A stretch of DNA of 64,000 bases, taken from the IMG/VR virus record IMGVR_UViG_3300037067_006488, positions 13,284 to 77,283 of that record; one strand, 5' to 3'. The number at the start of each line of letters is the position of its first letter. Within the stretch, counting starts at the first letter, position 1. Positions 38,333-48,853 of the stretch are shown piece after piece. The notes beneath the pieces are model-generated. The model searched no databases, was not told the DNA's origin, and saw only the letters and a program-made list of their open reading frames with translations. Source of the stretch: a virus. Taxonomy: Duplodnaviria; Caudoviricetes. The translations under genes and the position numbers were made by a program.

Positions 38333-39061
38333 TTACTGTTTTTCGTTTTCTGCTGCTTGATATAACAACTGGTCTCTGTCCCTGACAGCTATTTGGCTTG
38401 CAAGATATTGTGCAAACTCTGTATGTAATTCTGTGGGTATATTAAGCTCTGCCGTAAGAGATGTCACCGTAGTTCCCGATGTCTGCCCCGCACTTCCGTA
38501 CTCTCCTGCTGTAAGCGTCCGTGATGCCGATGCTGCCAACGGCTGAATCTGATAATCCGCATCTATATAATAATCGAATATAGGGACAGTAGGATTCTTA
38601 ATATAATACACAAATAAAGAAGTCATCGTAGAGGGATAAACCCTACAAGAAGTACCCTCGATAATAGCAACAGGATAATAGTCTACTGGTTTAGACAACA
38701 GATTAGTCATTCTCTTGGAATATTCGTCTGCCGACACTAATTCTATGCGCTTCATATTAGTGCTGTAAGTGCCGTATAAATCCTCCAACAAAAGCATATC
38801 TACGGGTAAAGTAAATGTGCCTGAAGATAGAGAAGCTGTTGTTCTTGTTTGCAGTGCGTCTATCAAAAGAGCCGTAGCAACAGCATCATCCAATGTGCCT
38901 CCTGTGCTGACATACTGCCGATACGTAATAACCTTATTCCGTACAAACGGATATATGTTAGCCTTAAACAGTAGGTTAAGTTCTTCGGGCGACAGCGTAT
39001 TACCGCTGTTGTCTTTATTAAGAATTGTATTCAAAAATAATCTAAGATCATCTACGGTCAT
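38333..39061 (-). CDS. Tail ring/adaptor protein
   Basis: LNK.NSG.TLSPEE.N...LP.D...KP...YP....Y.K.P..P motifs, paralogous to 39068-39766. Confidence 0.6.
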   Translation of the reverse strand: MTVDDLRLFLNTILNKDNSGNTLSPEELNLLFKANIYPFVRNKVITYRQYVSTGGTLDDAVATALLIDALQTRTTASLSSGTFTLPVDMLLLEDLYGTYSTNMKRIELVSADEYSKRMTNLLSKPVDYYPVAIIEGTSCRVYPSTMTSLFVYYIKNPTVPIFDYYIDADYQIQPLAASASRTLTAGEYGSAGQTSGTTVTSLTAELNIPTELHTEFAQYLASQIAVRDRDQLLYQAAENEKQ

Positions 39062-39067
39062 AGTATG

Positions 39068-39766
39068 TTATTTTTCTTGGTTCTTTTGTTCTTCCATCGC
39101 AACGGATATAAACTCGTTGTTTACCGCTATCCCTAAATACTTTAATATCTTACGCACTATATCTATATGGAACATAGCATCTATCTCTAATGCAGTAGAC
39201 GATCCGCTTTGTGTCCTTACCCCGTTGGTAATTGTCTCTACCAACACAGGGGAAGTAGGACGCCTTAAAACGGTTACTGTTAAGGTTGGCGCAGTACCCT
39301 GTAAGGGCAACAGATAAAATACTTTCGATGTTGCCGTGCCTGTTAGATAGCCGATAGGATAAGCGGCTTTAGGATATGTTACCGCATTAACACACCTATC
39401 CACAAACTCCTCTGAGGTAACAATATCTACCTTGATAAAACCCGTAAGGCTCGAACTTGTAACAGCCTGTGCCGATAACACAACATAATCTAACGCATTA
39501 AGAGTATAGGAATGACAAGTGATACCGTTAACACTACCCGATGCTGCGGTAGGGGTTTCGTCTTTCCTAAAGGGCAATATTGCGGCTGTTATCCTCGCAT
39601 CTACCTCTGCCCCGTTCCCCGACAAATAACCGTGAGCAAACTCTTTAAACAACTCATCTTGTGCTAACCTTAACATATTGTTAAACTGCTCTATCGTCAT
39701 TTCTGCGGGCTTGGCGACAAGTTGTGCTATATGTTGCACGGTATACAGAACTTCAAGTAATGTCAT
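39068..39766 (-). CDS. Tail ring/adaptor protein
   Basis: EQFNN...AQ....F...P...YP....RRP..P...LE..H..IV..IL motifs; upstream TAAATTTG (39783-39790). Confidence 0.6.
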   Translation of the reverse strand: MTLLEVLYTVQHIAQLVAKPAEMTIEQFNNMLRLAQDELFKEFAHGYLSGNGAEVDARITAAILPFRKDETPTAASGSVNGITCHSYTLNALDYVVLSAQAVTSSSLTGFIKVDIVTSEEFVDRCVNAVTYPKAAYPIGYLTGTATSKVFYLLPLQGTAPTLTVTVLRRPTSPVLVETITNGVRTQSGSSTALEIDAMFHIDIVRKILKYLGIAVNNEFISVAMEEQKNQEK

Positions 39767-39941
39767 TTCTGTTAGTTTTCAGCAAATTTACAGATAGACA
39801 CAAATATGGATTTGGATATAATACAATTTACAAAACACACAAACATTGTAAAACATATTTAACATTACCGCCTAAGAGGTAAAAAAGTCCGAATAGCTTT
39901 AATTTTAATCTTTATACAGGGCTTTTTACCGCCCTAACAGC

Positions 39942-39973
39942 AAAAAAAGAACCCCCGGCGTAAACCGGAGGCT
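39942..39973 (-). terminator. Intrinsic terminator
   Basis: CCTCCGG-tttacg-CCGGGGG followed by TTCTTTTTTT on the minus strand. Confidence 0.8.
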
Positions 39974-40026
39974 GCAAATCCAAGTCCAACTAAAACCAAA
40001 CCGATACAAATATAAAACCGATTTTT

Positions 40027-41103
40027 TTATTGCTTTTCGTCAGTCATACTCGCATCAATAACCGCTATCAACCTCTCCCTCAACTTTGGTTCTCCTATAT
40101 TAAGGGGCACTGTTACACCAAGTTTCTTGGCATATTCAAGCAGTTCTTCTTTGGTCTTTGCGGATTCTAAATCTTTGATAGACACACCGCCTTCGTACTT
40201 CTTCTGCCCGAACACGTCCATCTTCATTGTTTCGTAGGCGTCTATAAACTTGCTTGTAAGGAGCAGCTCCGCAACAAAATCAACTACCCTGTCTTTCTGA
40301 TCTAAGGGCACAATAGTAAGATGCGTCTGAGAAGGAACGTGTTTTACTTTTCTTGTGAGCTTGTCGTACTCTATGTCGCCCTTAGAATACAGGGTGCTTA
40401 CAACAATCCTTGCTTCGGTTAGTAAAGGATTCACCTTCTCTATGTCGTCCATGAAAGCACCGAATCCCCTCTTGGTTACTGTTATGTTCTTTTCGCTGGC
40501 GGTAACAGTATCTAACATTACCCTCCTTAATACCGATTCGGCAAGAGAATCTGCATTCCCTATACCCCAACTCTTTGCGTAATATCTCAAATCTTCAAGA
40601 CCTAATTTACGCATGATATGGTAACGAACATCAAGCTCGATAGCGTCCTTGTCGTTAAGTTCTCTGGCTTCTGCTTCAAGATTCTCGATATAATAACCAA
40701 GTCCTCCTAAATCAGCACAACGGGTAAGGAAAAATATAACTTCCGCATCTTTGTCCGGCCTGAAAGACTGTACCCCTCCTAACTTAATAAACCTCGGAGA
40801 GAAACTTGTCCTTCCGTCTTTTTTCTTATTGTAGGTCTCGCAGAACGTCCATATCTCCATTCCACGATCTTTAGTAGTCACCCTTGCTGACAACTGTATA
40901 GAGTGCATAGGCGGCCTTCTGCGGTTGCCTGATGCGTCTAATCTAATCTTGTTGGCATGGGATTTAATAATAGTCGCCTCTGTCTGTTTGGCGATTTTCT
41001 TCATCTCCGTTACGTAGAACACGTAAGCGGGATTGTCTTCTTTCAATGTTTTTACAGGAACATCATCTACGAGTATCATACTAATCTGGTTTTGGTTGAA
41101 CAA
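40027..41103 (-). CDS. Conserved head-associated hypothetical protein with C-terminal HeH-like motif
   Basis: Immediately after MCP; KTKEELLEYAKKLG...KLRERL tail. Confidence 0.5.
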   Translation of the reverse strand: MFNQNQISMILVDDVPVKTLKEDNPAYVFYVTEMKKIAKQTEATIIKSHANKIRLDASGNRRRPPMHSIQLSARVTTKDRGMEIWTFCETYNKKKDGRTSFSPRFIKLGGVQSFRPDKDAEVIFFLTRCADLGGLGYYIENLEAEARELNDKDAIELDVRYHIMRKLGLEDLRYYAKSWGIGNADSLAESVLRRVMLDTVTASEKNITVTKRGFGAFMDDIEKVNPLLTEARIVVSTLYSKGDIEYDKLTRKVKHVPSQTHLTIVPLDQKDRVVDFVAELLLTSKFIDAYETMKMDVFGQKKYEGGVSIKDLESAKTKEELLEYAKKLGVTVPLNIGEPKLRERLIAVIDASMTDEKQ

Positions 41104-41106
41104 TAT

Positions 41107-41138
41107 AAAAAAAGGGAGGGGCCGAAACCCCTACCCTA
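41107..41138 (-). terminator. Intrinsic terminator after MCP
   Basis: AGGGTAGGGG-tttcgg-CCCCTCCCT followed by a T-tract on the minus strand. Confidence 0.85.
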
Positions 41139-41146
41139 TAAAACAA

Positions 41147-42607
41147 TTACTTATACATAAGAACCCACTGTGAAGGAAGTGCGAATATCGGAGTCATGTG
41201 TGCAAGCATATAGCCGTGAACACCGTCATAACCCGAAGAAACATCTTGTCCCATACCTTCGATGCCGTTTACTCCCTTGTTGTAACTGAGAACACGCCTT
41301 CTGTTTTCACCGTTGCGGTTAACATAACCGATCTGTACGTTGGGGAAGGTCTTGTTTCTCTGTCCCATAAAGTCCATAGTTACGTTAGTCTTGGGAACAA
41401 CAAGTCCCATTGTAGCGTAATTGTAAGCATAGTCTGTGCCAGTATAAAGACCAGCGCCAGTAGGATCAGCAAGTTCTGACGGCCTCCAAATAACATAAGT
41501 ACGACCATCGAAGAAGAAAGCGTTTACATCAAGACCAAACTCTTTCTTTACCTTATCAAGAAGATCAGTGCCTCCACTATATCCCTTGATAAGTTCGTAA
41601 GCGTCAGCCTCAACATCTCTGCCAAGTTCCTGCCCTACCATAACAACACTTGTGCCGTTGGTAATACCCTGAGAAGCCTGAAGAATACCCACTTCATACA
41701 GGTTGTCAAGAACAAAATCTCCTGTATAAGAAAGTTTCTGTCCGTACTTATCGGCATGAGGGAATAAACCCGCACCTGAAACAACTGCGTTGCTGACAGT
41801 AGACTCAGAAGTCTGTGTCATTGTGCTGTTGTCGGTGCGCTCACCGAATGTGAAGAACCTTGATTCTTTTACGTCCAGTTTAAACTCAGTTTCCATAAGA
41901 GCCTGGTTCAACAGAGCCTTGCTGCCTTCCATCCCGGTAGCTTCGTAGAACGACTGTGCTATCTGACCACCTTCTATATCGAAAGATTCTTTAAGAATCC
42001 TCGGATAGAAAGAAAGGGTTTCGAGAGTGTCGGTCTGTCCTGCGGGCTGTCCTGTACCTGCGGCAAAAGAGTTAGCACCTATCATCAGATAAGTAGCGGC
42101 GGGGACTTCGGTTACAATGCGTGAAGCAGTTGTATAGAAACCTCCGTCTTTTGCGTAAGGCTTGCAGGTATATTCTGCGGAAGCGCCAGTACCAGATATA
42201 GACGTTACCCTGTATGCCCTCGGCAGTAAAGTTCCTGCGGTAAGGTAAGTTGTGGGAATATAGATATCGTCACCTACTCTTAGCGGCCCGTTGTCGCTTG
42301 AATCGTAGCAAGTAGAGTCCAGAATAACTGTTATGTCTGTACCTGCTGACCCCGTTGAGATGGCCGACCCAAGTTTAACAACAAACAACGGTGCTTCCTT
42401 CTGGAAGGTGTTTATTACCTGGTTGGGAACGTCTACAATACTTTCGGCAACAAAGAAAATATCCCTTGCACCTACACCTTTGCCATATTTTTCGTACAGT
42501 TGGCGTCTGTATTCCGGTTTAATAACCGAACTATTTTTTGTTATCCACTGCAAGCCGTAATACTGCGATACCACATTGCTTGAGGGAGCGTTTACACTTA
42601 TACTCAT
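41147..42607 (-). CDS. Major capsid protein
   Basis: 486 aa after scaffold and before a strong terminator; K.E....LYEKYG, RI.KESF.I.G, E..F.FGE HK97-type patterns. Confidence 0.8.
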   Translation of the reverse strand: MSISVNAPSSNVVSQYYGLQWITKNSSVIKPEYRRQLYEKYGKGVGARDIFFVAESIVDVPNQVINTFQKEAPLFVVKLGSAISTGSAGTDITVILDSTCYDSSDNGPLRVGDDIYIPTTYLTAGTLLPRAYRVTSISGTGASAEYTCKPYAKDGGFYTTASRIVTEVPAATYLMIGANSFAAGTGQPAGQTDTLETLSFYPRILKESFDIEGGQIAQSFYEATGMEGSKALLNQALMETEFKLDVKESRFFTFGERTDNSTMTQTSESTVSNAVVSGAGLFPHADKYGQKLSYTGDFVLDNLYEVGILQASQGITNGTSVVMVGQELGRDVEADAYELIKGYSGGTDLLDKVKKEFGLDVNAFFFDGRTYVIWRPSELADPTGAGLYTGTDYAYNYATMGLVVPKTNVTMDFMGQRNKTFPNVQIGYVNRNGENRRRVLSYNKGVNGIEGMGQDVSSGYDGVHGYMLAHMTPIFALPSQWVLMYK

Positions 42608-42634
42608 TTTAAATTACATTTAACGTTCAACATT

Positions 42635-43852
42635 CTATTTTAAGCCGTGAGCACGTTTGAACTGCTCGTTTATCTCATCTTCGTAAGTCTTTGCGTGGTC
42701 TGCGGGAGCTTCTGTCTGATTTATCGGCTTGTTGTTGCTTACCTTGTTGTCCAGTTCTGACTTGTACTTAGACAAAGCATGGCTTACACGGGCCTCCATA
42801 ATCTCTTCCATCCTCTCCTCTTTAACAAACTGCTCCAACTCCTTCGCCACACGCAACACATTATCTTGTGTAACATCGAGGTTGTTGGAGAGAGCATACT
42901 CTGTTATAAACGGCACGAGATTCTTTATTGCTTCCTGCGGCACATCGTATGTGAATACGGTGTCCTCTTTGCCATCTTTGTCCTTGCGCTTGAACTCGAT
43001 GGACTTTAACTGGTTGACAAGTTCGTTAGCCTTACCAGTCCAATCTTCAGAAAGCCTTTTTAGTTTCTCCTGTCGCTGAACCTCCGCTTGCTTATTCTGT
43101 TCGACTTTGGCTTGTATCTCTGCTTTAAAATCTTTGATTTCGGGAACTTGTATACCTGAAACAAGATCGTTTAGGTATTTCTTGGCGGCGGCAGCATCCT
43201 TCGCAAACTTAACCATCTGCTGCGGGTCTGTTATTTCTACATTGTCCGCATTGAAATCGGGAGCGTCTATATCAACCCCGTATTCCTTTAAAACACCTTT
43301 TACGACAATATCAGGTTTGTTGGCAAGCATTGGCGTCATATACTGAAGCTGTAAAACCATTGCCTCCACATCTGACAGTTTACCAACCTCGCTGTTTACA
43401 ATACGGCTTACAACCGTAGCATCGCGCCCGTCTTTAGCAAGCTGCTCAGATATATACGACTTAGCAAAATTCTCCTTGCTGCCGTATAACTGAGTGGCTT
43501 GATCCACCACCTGCTGAAGCGTTGTTTCAAGTTCGGTATAGTAACCCTTCTTGCCTTTGTATTCCTGAAACTCATTCAAAGAACTCAAATACTCTTTTAT
43601 ATCGTCTTTAGACTTGATGTCGGGATATTCTTTTTGGAACTCCTGAAACCAATCTGTCTGTGTCTGTTCTGTTGCGGGTTGTACCGGAGTTTCCTGCACT
43701 GTGCTCTCTGTTGTTGGAGCTTCCTGTGCCGGGGTTTCCTGCTGCACACCATCTATCTGCGTACCCTCTACGAGTGCTTCTTTCCCAAACATATCAAGAA
43801 CGCCTACTGTTAAAGGCTGGCTTATCGGTTGGTTGGTTGCTTCTTCTGGCAT
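42635..43852 (-). CDS. Scaffolding protein
   Basis: Acidic Gln/Glu/Pro-rich N-terminus, coiled coils, between portal and MCP; upstream TATTTTTG (43873-43880). Confidence 0.65.
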   Translation of the reverse strand: MPEEATNQPISQPLTVGVLDMFGKEALVEGTQIDGVQQETPAQEAPTTESTVQETPVQPATEQTQTDWFQEFQKEYPDIKSKDDIKEYLSSLNEFQEYKGKKGYYTELETTLQQVVDQATQLYGSKENFAKSYISEQLAKDGRDATVVSRIVNSEVGKLSDVEAMVLQLQYMTPMLANKPDIVVKGVLKEYGVDIDAPDFNADNVEITDPQQMVKFAKDAAAAKKYLNDLVSGIQVPEIKDFKAEIQAKVEQNKQAEVQRQEKLKRLSEDWTGKANELVNQLKSIEFKRKDKDGKEDTVFTYDVPQEAIKNLVPFITEYALSNNLDVTQDNVLRVAKELEQFVKEERMEEIMEARVSHALSKYKSELDNKVSNNKPINQTEAPADHAKTYEDEINEQFKRAHGLK

Positions 43853-43902
43853 ATCTTTTGGTTTTAGTGGAACAAAAATATAACATATTTAATATATCGT
43901 TT

Positions 43903-46506
43903 TTACATCGGTGGCACAGGTGGTTGTGCTGCCTGTTGGACAGGTGGTTGCACAGGTTGCGCTCCTTGTCCAAGACCTTGTTCTTCAGGTGTCTTGGGAT
44001 TGGCGGGAACCTTACCCATACTCAACCAATACTCTGCAATAGCCTCCTCTATCTTACGCCTTGAATCGTGATCCCTCTTAGCAATATCTGCTATCGCTTG
44101 TATCTTGATCTCTGCTTCTTTAGCCTGTAACTTAGCCATCTCTGTCTGTTGCGTTACTTGTGCGTTTATTGCGGCCTGCTCTTTAATCTGCTGTCCCTGA
44201 AGAGCAATCTTTCTTTCTTCCATCTGCTGTGCAAGCACCTTGTTCTTCTGTATCATCTTACGCAGCTTCATACGCATCTCTCGGATATTCCCTCCCGTGC
44301 TAAGAGCATCTAAGACAAATAACTTCTCGTCAGGAGTTATCTCGCCTTTAGCGCCAGATTCCTCTATGGCTCTTAACATAGCAGCCTTCATCTCTGTATC
44401 CGGTCTGCTTAACATCTTTATTCCGTATTGTACATCACGGGATTTAGCTTGCTGTAATATCCACACCCCGTCTTCTCCTATTACCTTACCGGCTTCGTAT
44501 CTCGCCTTTTCATCGTTCTGTATAGCCGTCTGCCACATACAAGAAGTCCTTTTAGCCAACTCCTCTTTTAAATACCTTAAAGCGGTCATCAACGGCATAA
44601 GGGATTTTTGTGTGCTCTCCATACTACGTTCTGTCACACCCAGCCCCGTTTCGGGAGAAGGCGTCTGTCCTAACGCAATCATTGAAAAGCCTGTCTGATC
44701 CTCTATCCATTGCATACACATCTGCATAATAGACGCTTCTCCTGCTATGGCTTCTTGTAGGTTGCCTGGGATATAGCTTATCGGAATAGGAGTACCCCCT
44801 ACATTGCCGTTCATAGACATCTTGTAGAACAACACCTGATTTTCCCTTACCGCCTTCAGCACCTTCAACGCATCCAACTTCTTGCCGTTATCTCCAAGTA
44901 GAGTTGTGTTGATTGCATACAAACCCTGAGTTGCTTTTGCTAATGCGTTCTGTAACCGATACCAAGCGATCTGATACATATTGGCAATAGGCACACACCT
45001 GAAAATAAGGGATTTTTCGGGGAGCCTATATCCGACAAGCGGAGCAAGAGGTTCGTTGTATTGGTATCTTGGCTGATTTGGGGCAACCCCGAACTTAATA
45101 CAAAAGTCGCTGTTTGCGATAAGCCAGCAATGATACAACTTACGTATTCTTACCTTCTTGATCGCTTCGTTCTTCCCTAACTTGTAGTAAGCCTTGTAGT
45201 GTACTCTGCCGGGGTAATTAGCCGTTACCGACACACCATTGCTTCTTGACTTAACACCGCTTACCTTAGTATTCCCTATCGGCTCTACCTTAACAGCATA
45301 ATTGCTGCCGAACTCCCTGCCGAAGTCTATCTCGTTAACACCTGACTTAACATCGTATTCTCCCTCTACGGGTTCTTGATAGTCGTAATACCGTTTTTCG
45401 CCTCTACGGTTTGTATATTCTATTCGTTTGATATATTCTGTATCCTTCCACCAAATCTTATATACCGGAACGTTAAATCGGTCATACCCGTAACCTATAT
45501 TTATCTGTTTGCTGAAATTATCCCATTCTGATTCTGTTGGGTTGTTGCCGTAATTACAATGTGCTTTCGCTATCTGTGCAAACTTCTCCTCGCTGATGGG
45601 CTTACCGTAACTATCTACGATATGATCCCTGTATTGTTTAAGTTGGCTTATTGTCATCTTAGACAACCTACCGCCGTAATCTGCATTTTGGAATCCGGTT
45701 TCGTGGTCGTACTGCATGATGACATCCTTGGCATCCACATACTCCCATTTAGGCATACACGTCTCGTCGTCGTAGTCAACCCACGCAAATATATACCCTA
45801 TATCCATAAGGTCGTTAAGAACCTGATCTTTAAGAAACCTGTCCCACCCCGATTGGTTTTCTGTGTGCAGGATAAGTTTTTCGTGTTGCATAGTATAAGG
45901 AGGTTTGAAGCCACCCTCTTCTTTTAAATCTTGTAGCTCTTGAAGCCCTTCGGGTATGTATTCTGGTTCTTCTGTCGGCACTCTCGCCTTTTGTTTCAGA
46001 TCGTTAATCATACTCCCAAACACCGGATGGGTGTTAGTAAACACCTCCATCATCCTACGTTCTTCTTCCGCTCCGCTATCTAAATCTATATTGTCGGCTT
46101 TAATATCGTAATCTATCTCCGAGAAATGTCCACGTACCTGAGACTTTAAATTAGGCAAAGGGGAAACAATATCTTCCCACATTACATTATACCAACCCTT
46201 ACGGGCTTCTTCCCTTACATCTCTTGATGTATTGTCGTCGAGGACGGTCTCTGAAGTTGTTGTATTCGTACCTGAAAGAAATGTTTTGTATAGGTCGGAG
46301 GGCTGCCTACCGAGGCCGAAAAGCCTCAACTCATCAAAAAAAGTTCCCCAATTACTGCCTATCATCGTCCTGTTCTTTTGATATTTGTGGACGATTGACT
46401 TAGCTACTTGTATTGAATATTTGGGGGTTTGCTTTACTTCTTCCGGTGTATTTTCAAAATCAGGAAACGAGTACATTTCCGCACTTTCCTTTCTGTAATC
46501 TTCCAT
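43903..46506 (-). CDS. Portal protein
   Basis: 867 aa after TerL; crAss-type LFGLG.Q, C-terminal Gln-rich barrel coil; upstream TAAATTTG (46524-46531). Confidence 0.8.
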   Translation of the reverse strand: MEDYRKESAEMYSFPDFENTPEEVKQTPKYSIQVAKSIVHKYQKNRTMIGSNWGTFFDELRLFGLGRQPSDLYKTFLSGTNTTTSETVLDDNTSRDVREEARKGWYNVMWEDIVSPLPNLKSQVRGHFSEIDYDIKADNIDLDSGAEEERRMMEVFTNTHPVFGSMINDLKQKARVPTEEPEYIPEGLQELQDLKEEGGFKPPYTMQHEKLILHTENQSGWDRFLKDQVLNDLMDIGYIFAWVDYDDETCMPKWEYVDAKDVIMQYDHETGFQNADYGGRLSKMTISQLKQYRDHIVDSYGKPISEEKFAQIAKAHCNYGNNPTESEWDNFSKQINIGYGYDRFNVPVYKIWWKDTEYIKRIEYTNRRGEKRYYDYQEPVEGEYDVKSGVNEIDFGREFGSNYAVKVEPIGNTKVSGVKSRSNGVSVTANYPGRVHYKAYYKLGKNEAIKKVRIRKLYHCWLIANSDFCIKFGVAPNQPRYQYNEPLAPLVGYRLPEKSLIFRCVPIANMYQIAWYRLQNALAKATQGLYAINTTLLGDNGKKLDALKVLKAVRENQVLFYKMSMNGNVGGTPIPISYIPGNLQEAIAGEASIMQMCMQWIEDQTGFSMIALGQTPSPETGLGVTERSMESTQKSLMPLMTALRYLKEELAKRTSCMWQTAIQNDEKARYEAGKVIGEDGVWILQQAKSRDVQYGIKMLSRPDTEMKAAMLRAIEESGAKGEITPDEKLFVLDALSTGGNIREMRMKLRKMIQKNKVLAQQMEERKIALQGQQIKEQAAINAQVTQQTEMAKLQAKEAEIKIQAIADIAKRDHDSRRKIEEAIAEYWLSMGKVPANPKTPEEQGLGQGAQPVQPPVQQAAQPPVPPM

Positions 46507-46552
46507 AGATATAAATTTTGCAACAAATTTACACTATGTTATTATCTATGTT

Positions 46553-48853
46553 TTAGTACCTTGTTTGTGTGCCGTATAACGAGTCTATATCCATGTCTAC
46601 ATCGTCGAATCTTTCTATCATCTTGCCGTAGTTTGAATTGGCTGCATATATAGCCCATCCGCAAGCAGCAAGACCGTCGTGTCTTGTTAAACTCGAAGGA
46701 TCACGCATCTCCCTTGCTGATATTAGTAGTTCTTTAATCTTACATCTGTGAGAACGATAAGATATATAATCCCTGAAAGAGTTAAGCATATCGTTTTTTG
46801 TTGCGCTGCCGGAATAAGTGCCTGGCTCTTCTTTCAGCCTCCCGTCAGGAAGGATAGAGTGCCACAAATATCCCCCAAACCCGTTATCGTAAAAGAACTT
46901 AATAACCAATTTAAGGTTACTTTCTAAGTTAACCAACCCACCGTACCATATCGCAACCGCCAACAAATCCTGACAATACACATCTAAACTCGGTCTTGTC
47001 TCGTAATATGCGATTATCTGCCCCGACTCTTGTTCTATTATCGGCTTATCCAGCTCTGAAGGATCGGTGTTGTGATATACGCCTATTCCTCCGTCTGACA
47101 AATGGAATCCTACTTTCTTATTTGTAGGAGTACGATAATCAAAGGGGTCAGCGCCTATTACAAACCGTGAAGGGAATTTAGGTCTTTTTGTGGGCATGAA
47201 CTGCCCTGTCTCTGGATTCCACACCGGATCACCGTCAACCATTAAATTCTGTTGTCCAAGAAATAGGTTAGACACAATAAAACGTCCTTTGTCGGTAGGC
47301 ACGAAGTCCACAAGAAATCCCCTGCGAACAAAATTGCCCCTTACAACTTCTTCCGGTGACGATCTTAACTTAGACAATGTTTGGTCTATTAAGAGGTAAT
47401 CCCATCCCATATCCGAACTCCCTCCTCTCCAACAGTCGCCTGAAAGCATAGGGTGTTTCCTTATCTCCACCCGATAGTCTGCGTGTTGTGTCGGGTCTGC
47501 CAACATCTCCTCGTACTTGCGTTGCCAAAACTCTTTACTACCTATACCAAGTACATTAAACTCAGACTTAGGGGGAGGATTCTTTAGCTGTGCTTCTGTC
47601 GGGGTGTCGGTAACAGAGAAACCCCATTCGTCTATAAAGTTGTCCGAACCCATCCACACTGGACGAAACACCCTGAACAACCCCGATCTTGTCATACCTA
47701 CCATGTTCCTTTTATAGAAATCGGAATCGAAGAACATCTTCATAAAGAACTCCCCACCGGAAGTCATTTCCTCTACCGTAGAAGGATGCCTGCTGATGCC
47801 GTGAATATCCGTACCCTGCATTAAAGTAAGCTTGTCTATGCGCCACCTCTTGTCGTTATCGTGTAAACTATTTTTCCCGGCTTCGTCATCAAGTATATAA
47901 TGTGCTTTTCTTCTGTCGTTTGCACCCTCTTTCGCTGAATCGTTCCAAATAATATACCCGTCAAGATAACTTTCCCCAACAACAGTTGTAGGAGGCTTTA
48001 GATATATACCACCCGAAGGATCGTTATTCCCGTCATATATTGGCTTTAGCCACAATTTTAATCGCTTCCATGCAGGTAAGATGTGATCGTTGTATACGTC
48101 TTCTGCTGACTTACCGCTATCTGCCTGTATGATAACATGCCTCTCTCTGCCTGTAATAAGAACCCACATAGCATCCGAAGCGTTCTGCATAGTAACACCT
48201 TTTCTTCTTCTTTTGGGGTGTATGCTTCCGAGAGAAACCCTGTGTCCTGCATCCGTCATTTCTATATCCCCGTTATCGTTAGGAACGGGAACACCGCTTT
48301 CGTCTACCGCCTTAAATGTTTCTGTTGTAGTGTCGCAATAATGCTCGAATATCTTCACCTCTCTGTCCTCGTTTCTGAAGTCCACTTTCCCCCCGTCTAC
48401 GGCAATGGGATAATAATAAGACAGATAAAAATAATGCTTGGGAGGAATCCAATACGGCTTACCGAATATCCACACCCAATGACCGTATCGTATCCTCCAT
48501 TGTTCCCTTTTTATAAACGCTATCTCCTCTGCGTAGCTTTCTGCATTGTCGTTTAACATACTCCAAAAGAAGTCCTGTTGCATGAAAGACACCATCCTTC
48601 CTTCATGCTTGTCTTTGGCTTTTTGTAGGGCTACCTCTGCTAACCTTGCCAAACGTACAGGCTCTTCGGGATGTTTAAACTTCTGCTGTTCGGGAGGCAA
48701 CCCGTAACCCTCGATACATCTTACATCGGGCGGATCGGGAAGCCTTAAAACAACAGGCGTTAGTTCGGGATCATTTTCATTGAAAGCGATATACTTATCC
48801 GCAGGCTGATACAAACTGTCATACTTACTCGTTTGAAATTTCTTTTCCTGCAT
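46553..48853 (-). CDS. terL: Terminase large subunit
   Basis: KRRRKGVT Walker A region, ILDDEAGK Walker B, STVEEM, IGADPF nuclease motif, HDGL. Confidence 0.9.
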   Translation of the reverse strand: MQEKKFQTSKYDSLYQPADKYIAFNENDPELTPVVLRLPDPPDVRCIEGYGLPPEQQKFKHPEEPVRLARLAEVALQKAKDKHEGRMVSFMQQDFFWSMLNDNAESYAEEIAFIKREQWRIRYGHWVWIFGKPYWIPPKHYFYLSYYYPIAVDGGKVDFRNEDREVKIFEHYCDTTTETFKAVDESGVPVPNDNGDIEMTDAGHRVSLGSIHPKRRRKGVTMQNASDAMWVLITGRERHVIIQADSGKSAEDVYNDHILPAWKRLKLWLKPIYDGNNDPSGGIYLKPPTTVVGESYLDGYIIWNDSAKEGANDRRKAHYILDDEAGKNSLHDNDKRWRIDKLTLMQGTDIHGISRHPSTVEEMTSGGEFFMKMFFDSDFYKRNMVGMTRSGLFRVFRPVWMGSDNFIDEWGFSVTDTPTEAQLKNPPPKSEFNVLGIGSKEFWQRKYEEMLADPTQHADYRVEIRKHPMLSGDCWRGGSSDMGWDYLLIDQTLSKLRSSPEEVVRGNFVRRGFLVDFVPTDKGRFIVSNLFLGQQNLMVDGDPVWNPETGQFMPTKRPKFPSRFVIGADPFDYRTPTNKKVGFHLSDGGIGVYHNTDPSELDKPIIEQESGQIIAYYETRPSLDVYCQDLLAVAIWYGGLVNLESNLKLVIKFFYDNGFGGYLWHSILPDGRLKEEPGTYSGSATKNDMLNSFRDYISYRSHRCKIKELLISAREMRDPSSLTRHDGLAACGWAIYAANSNYGKMIERFDDVDMDIDSLYGTQTRY

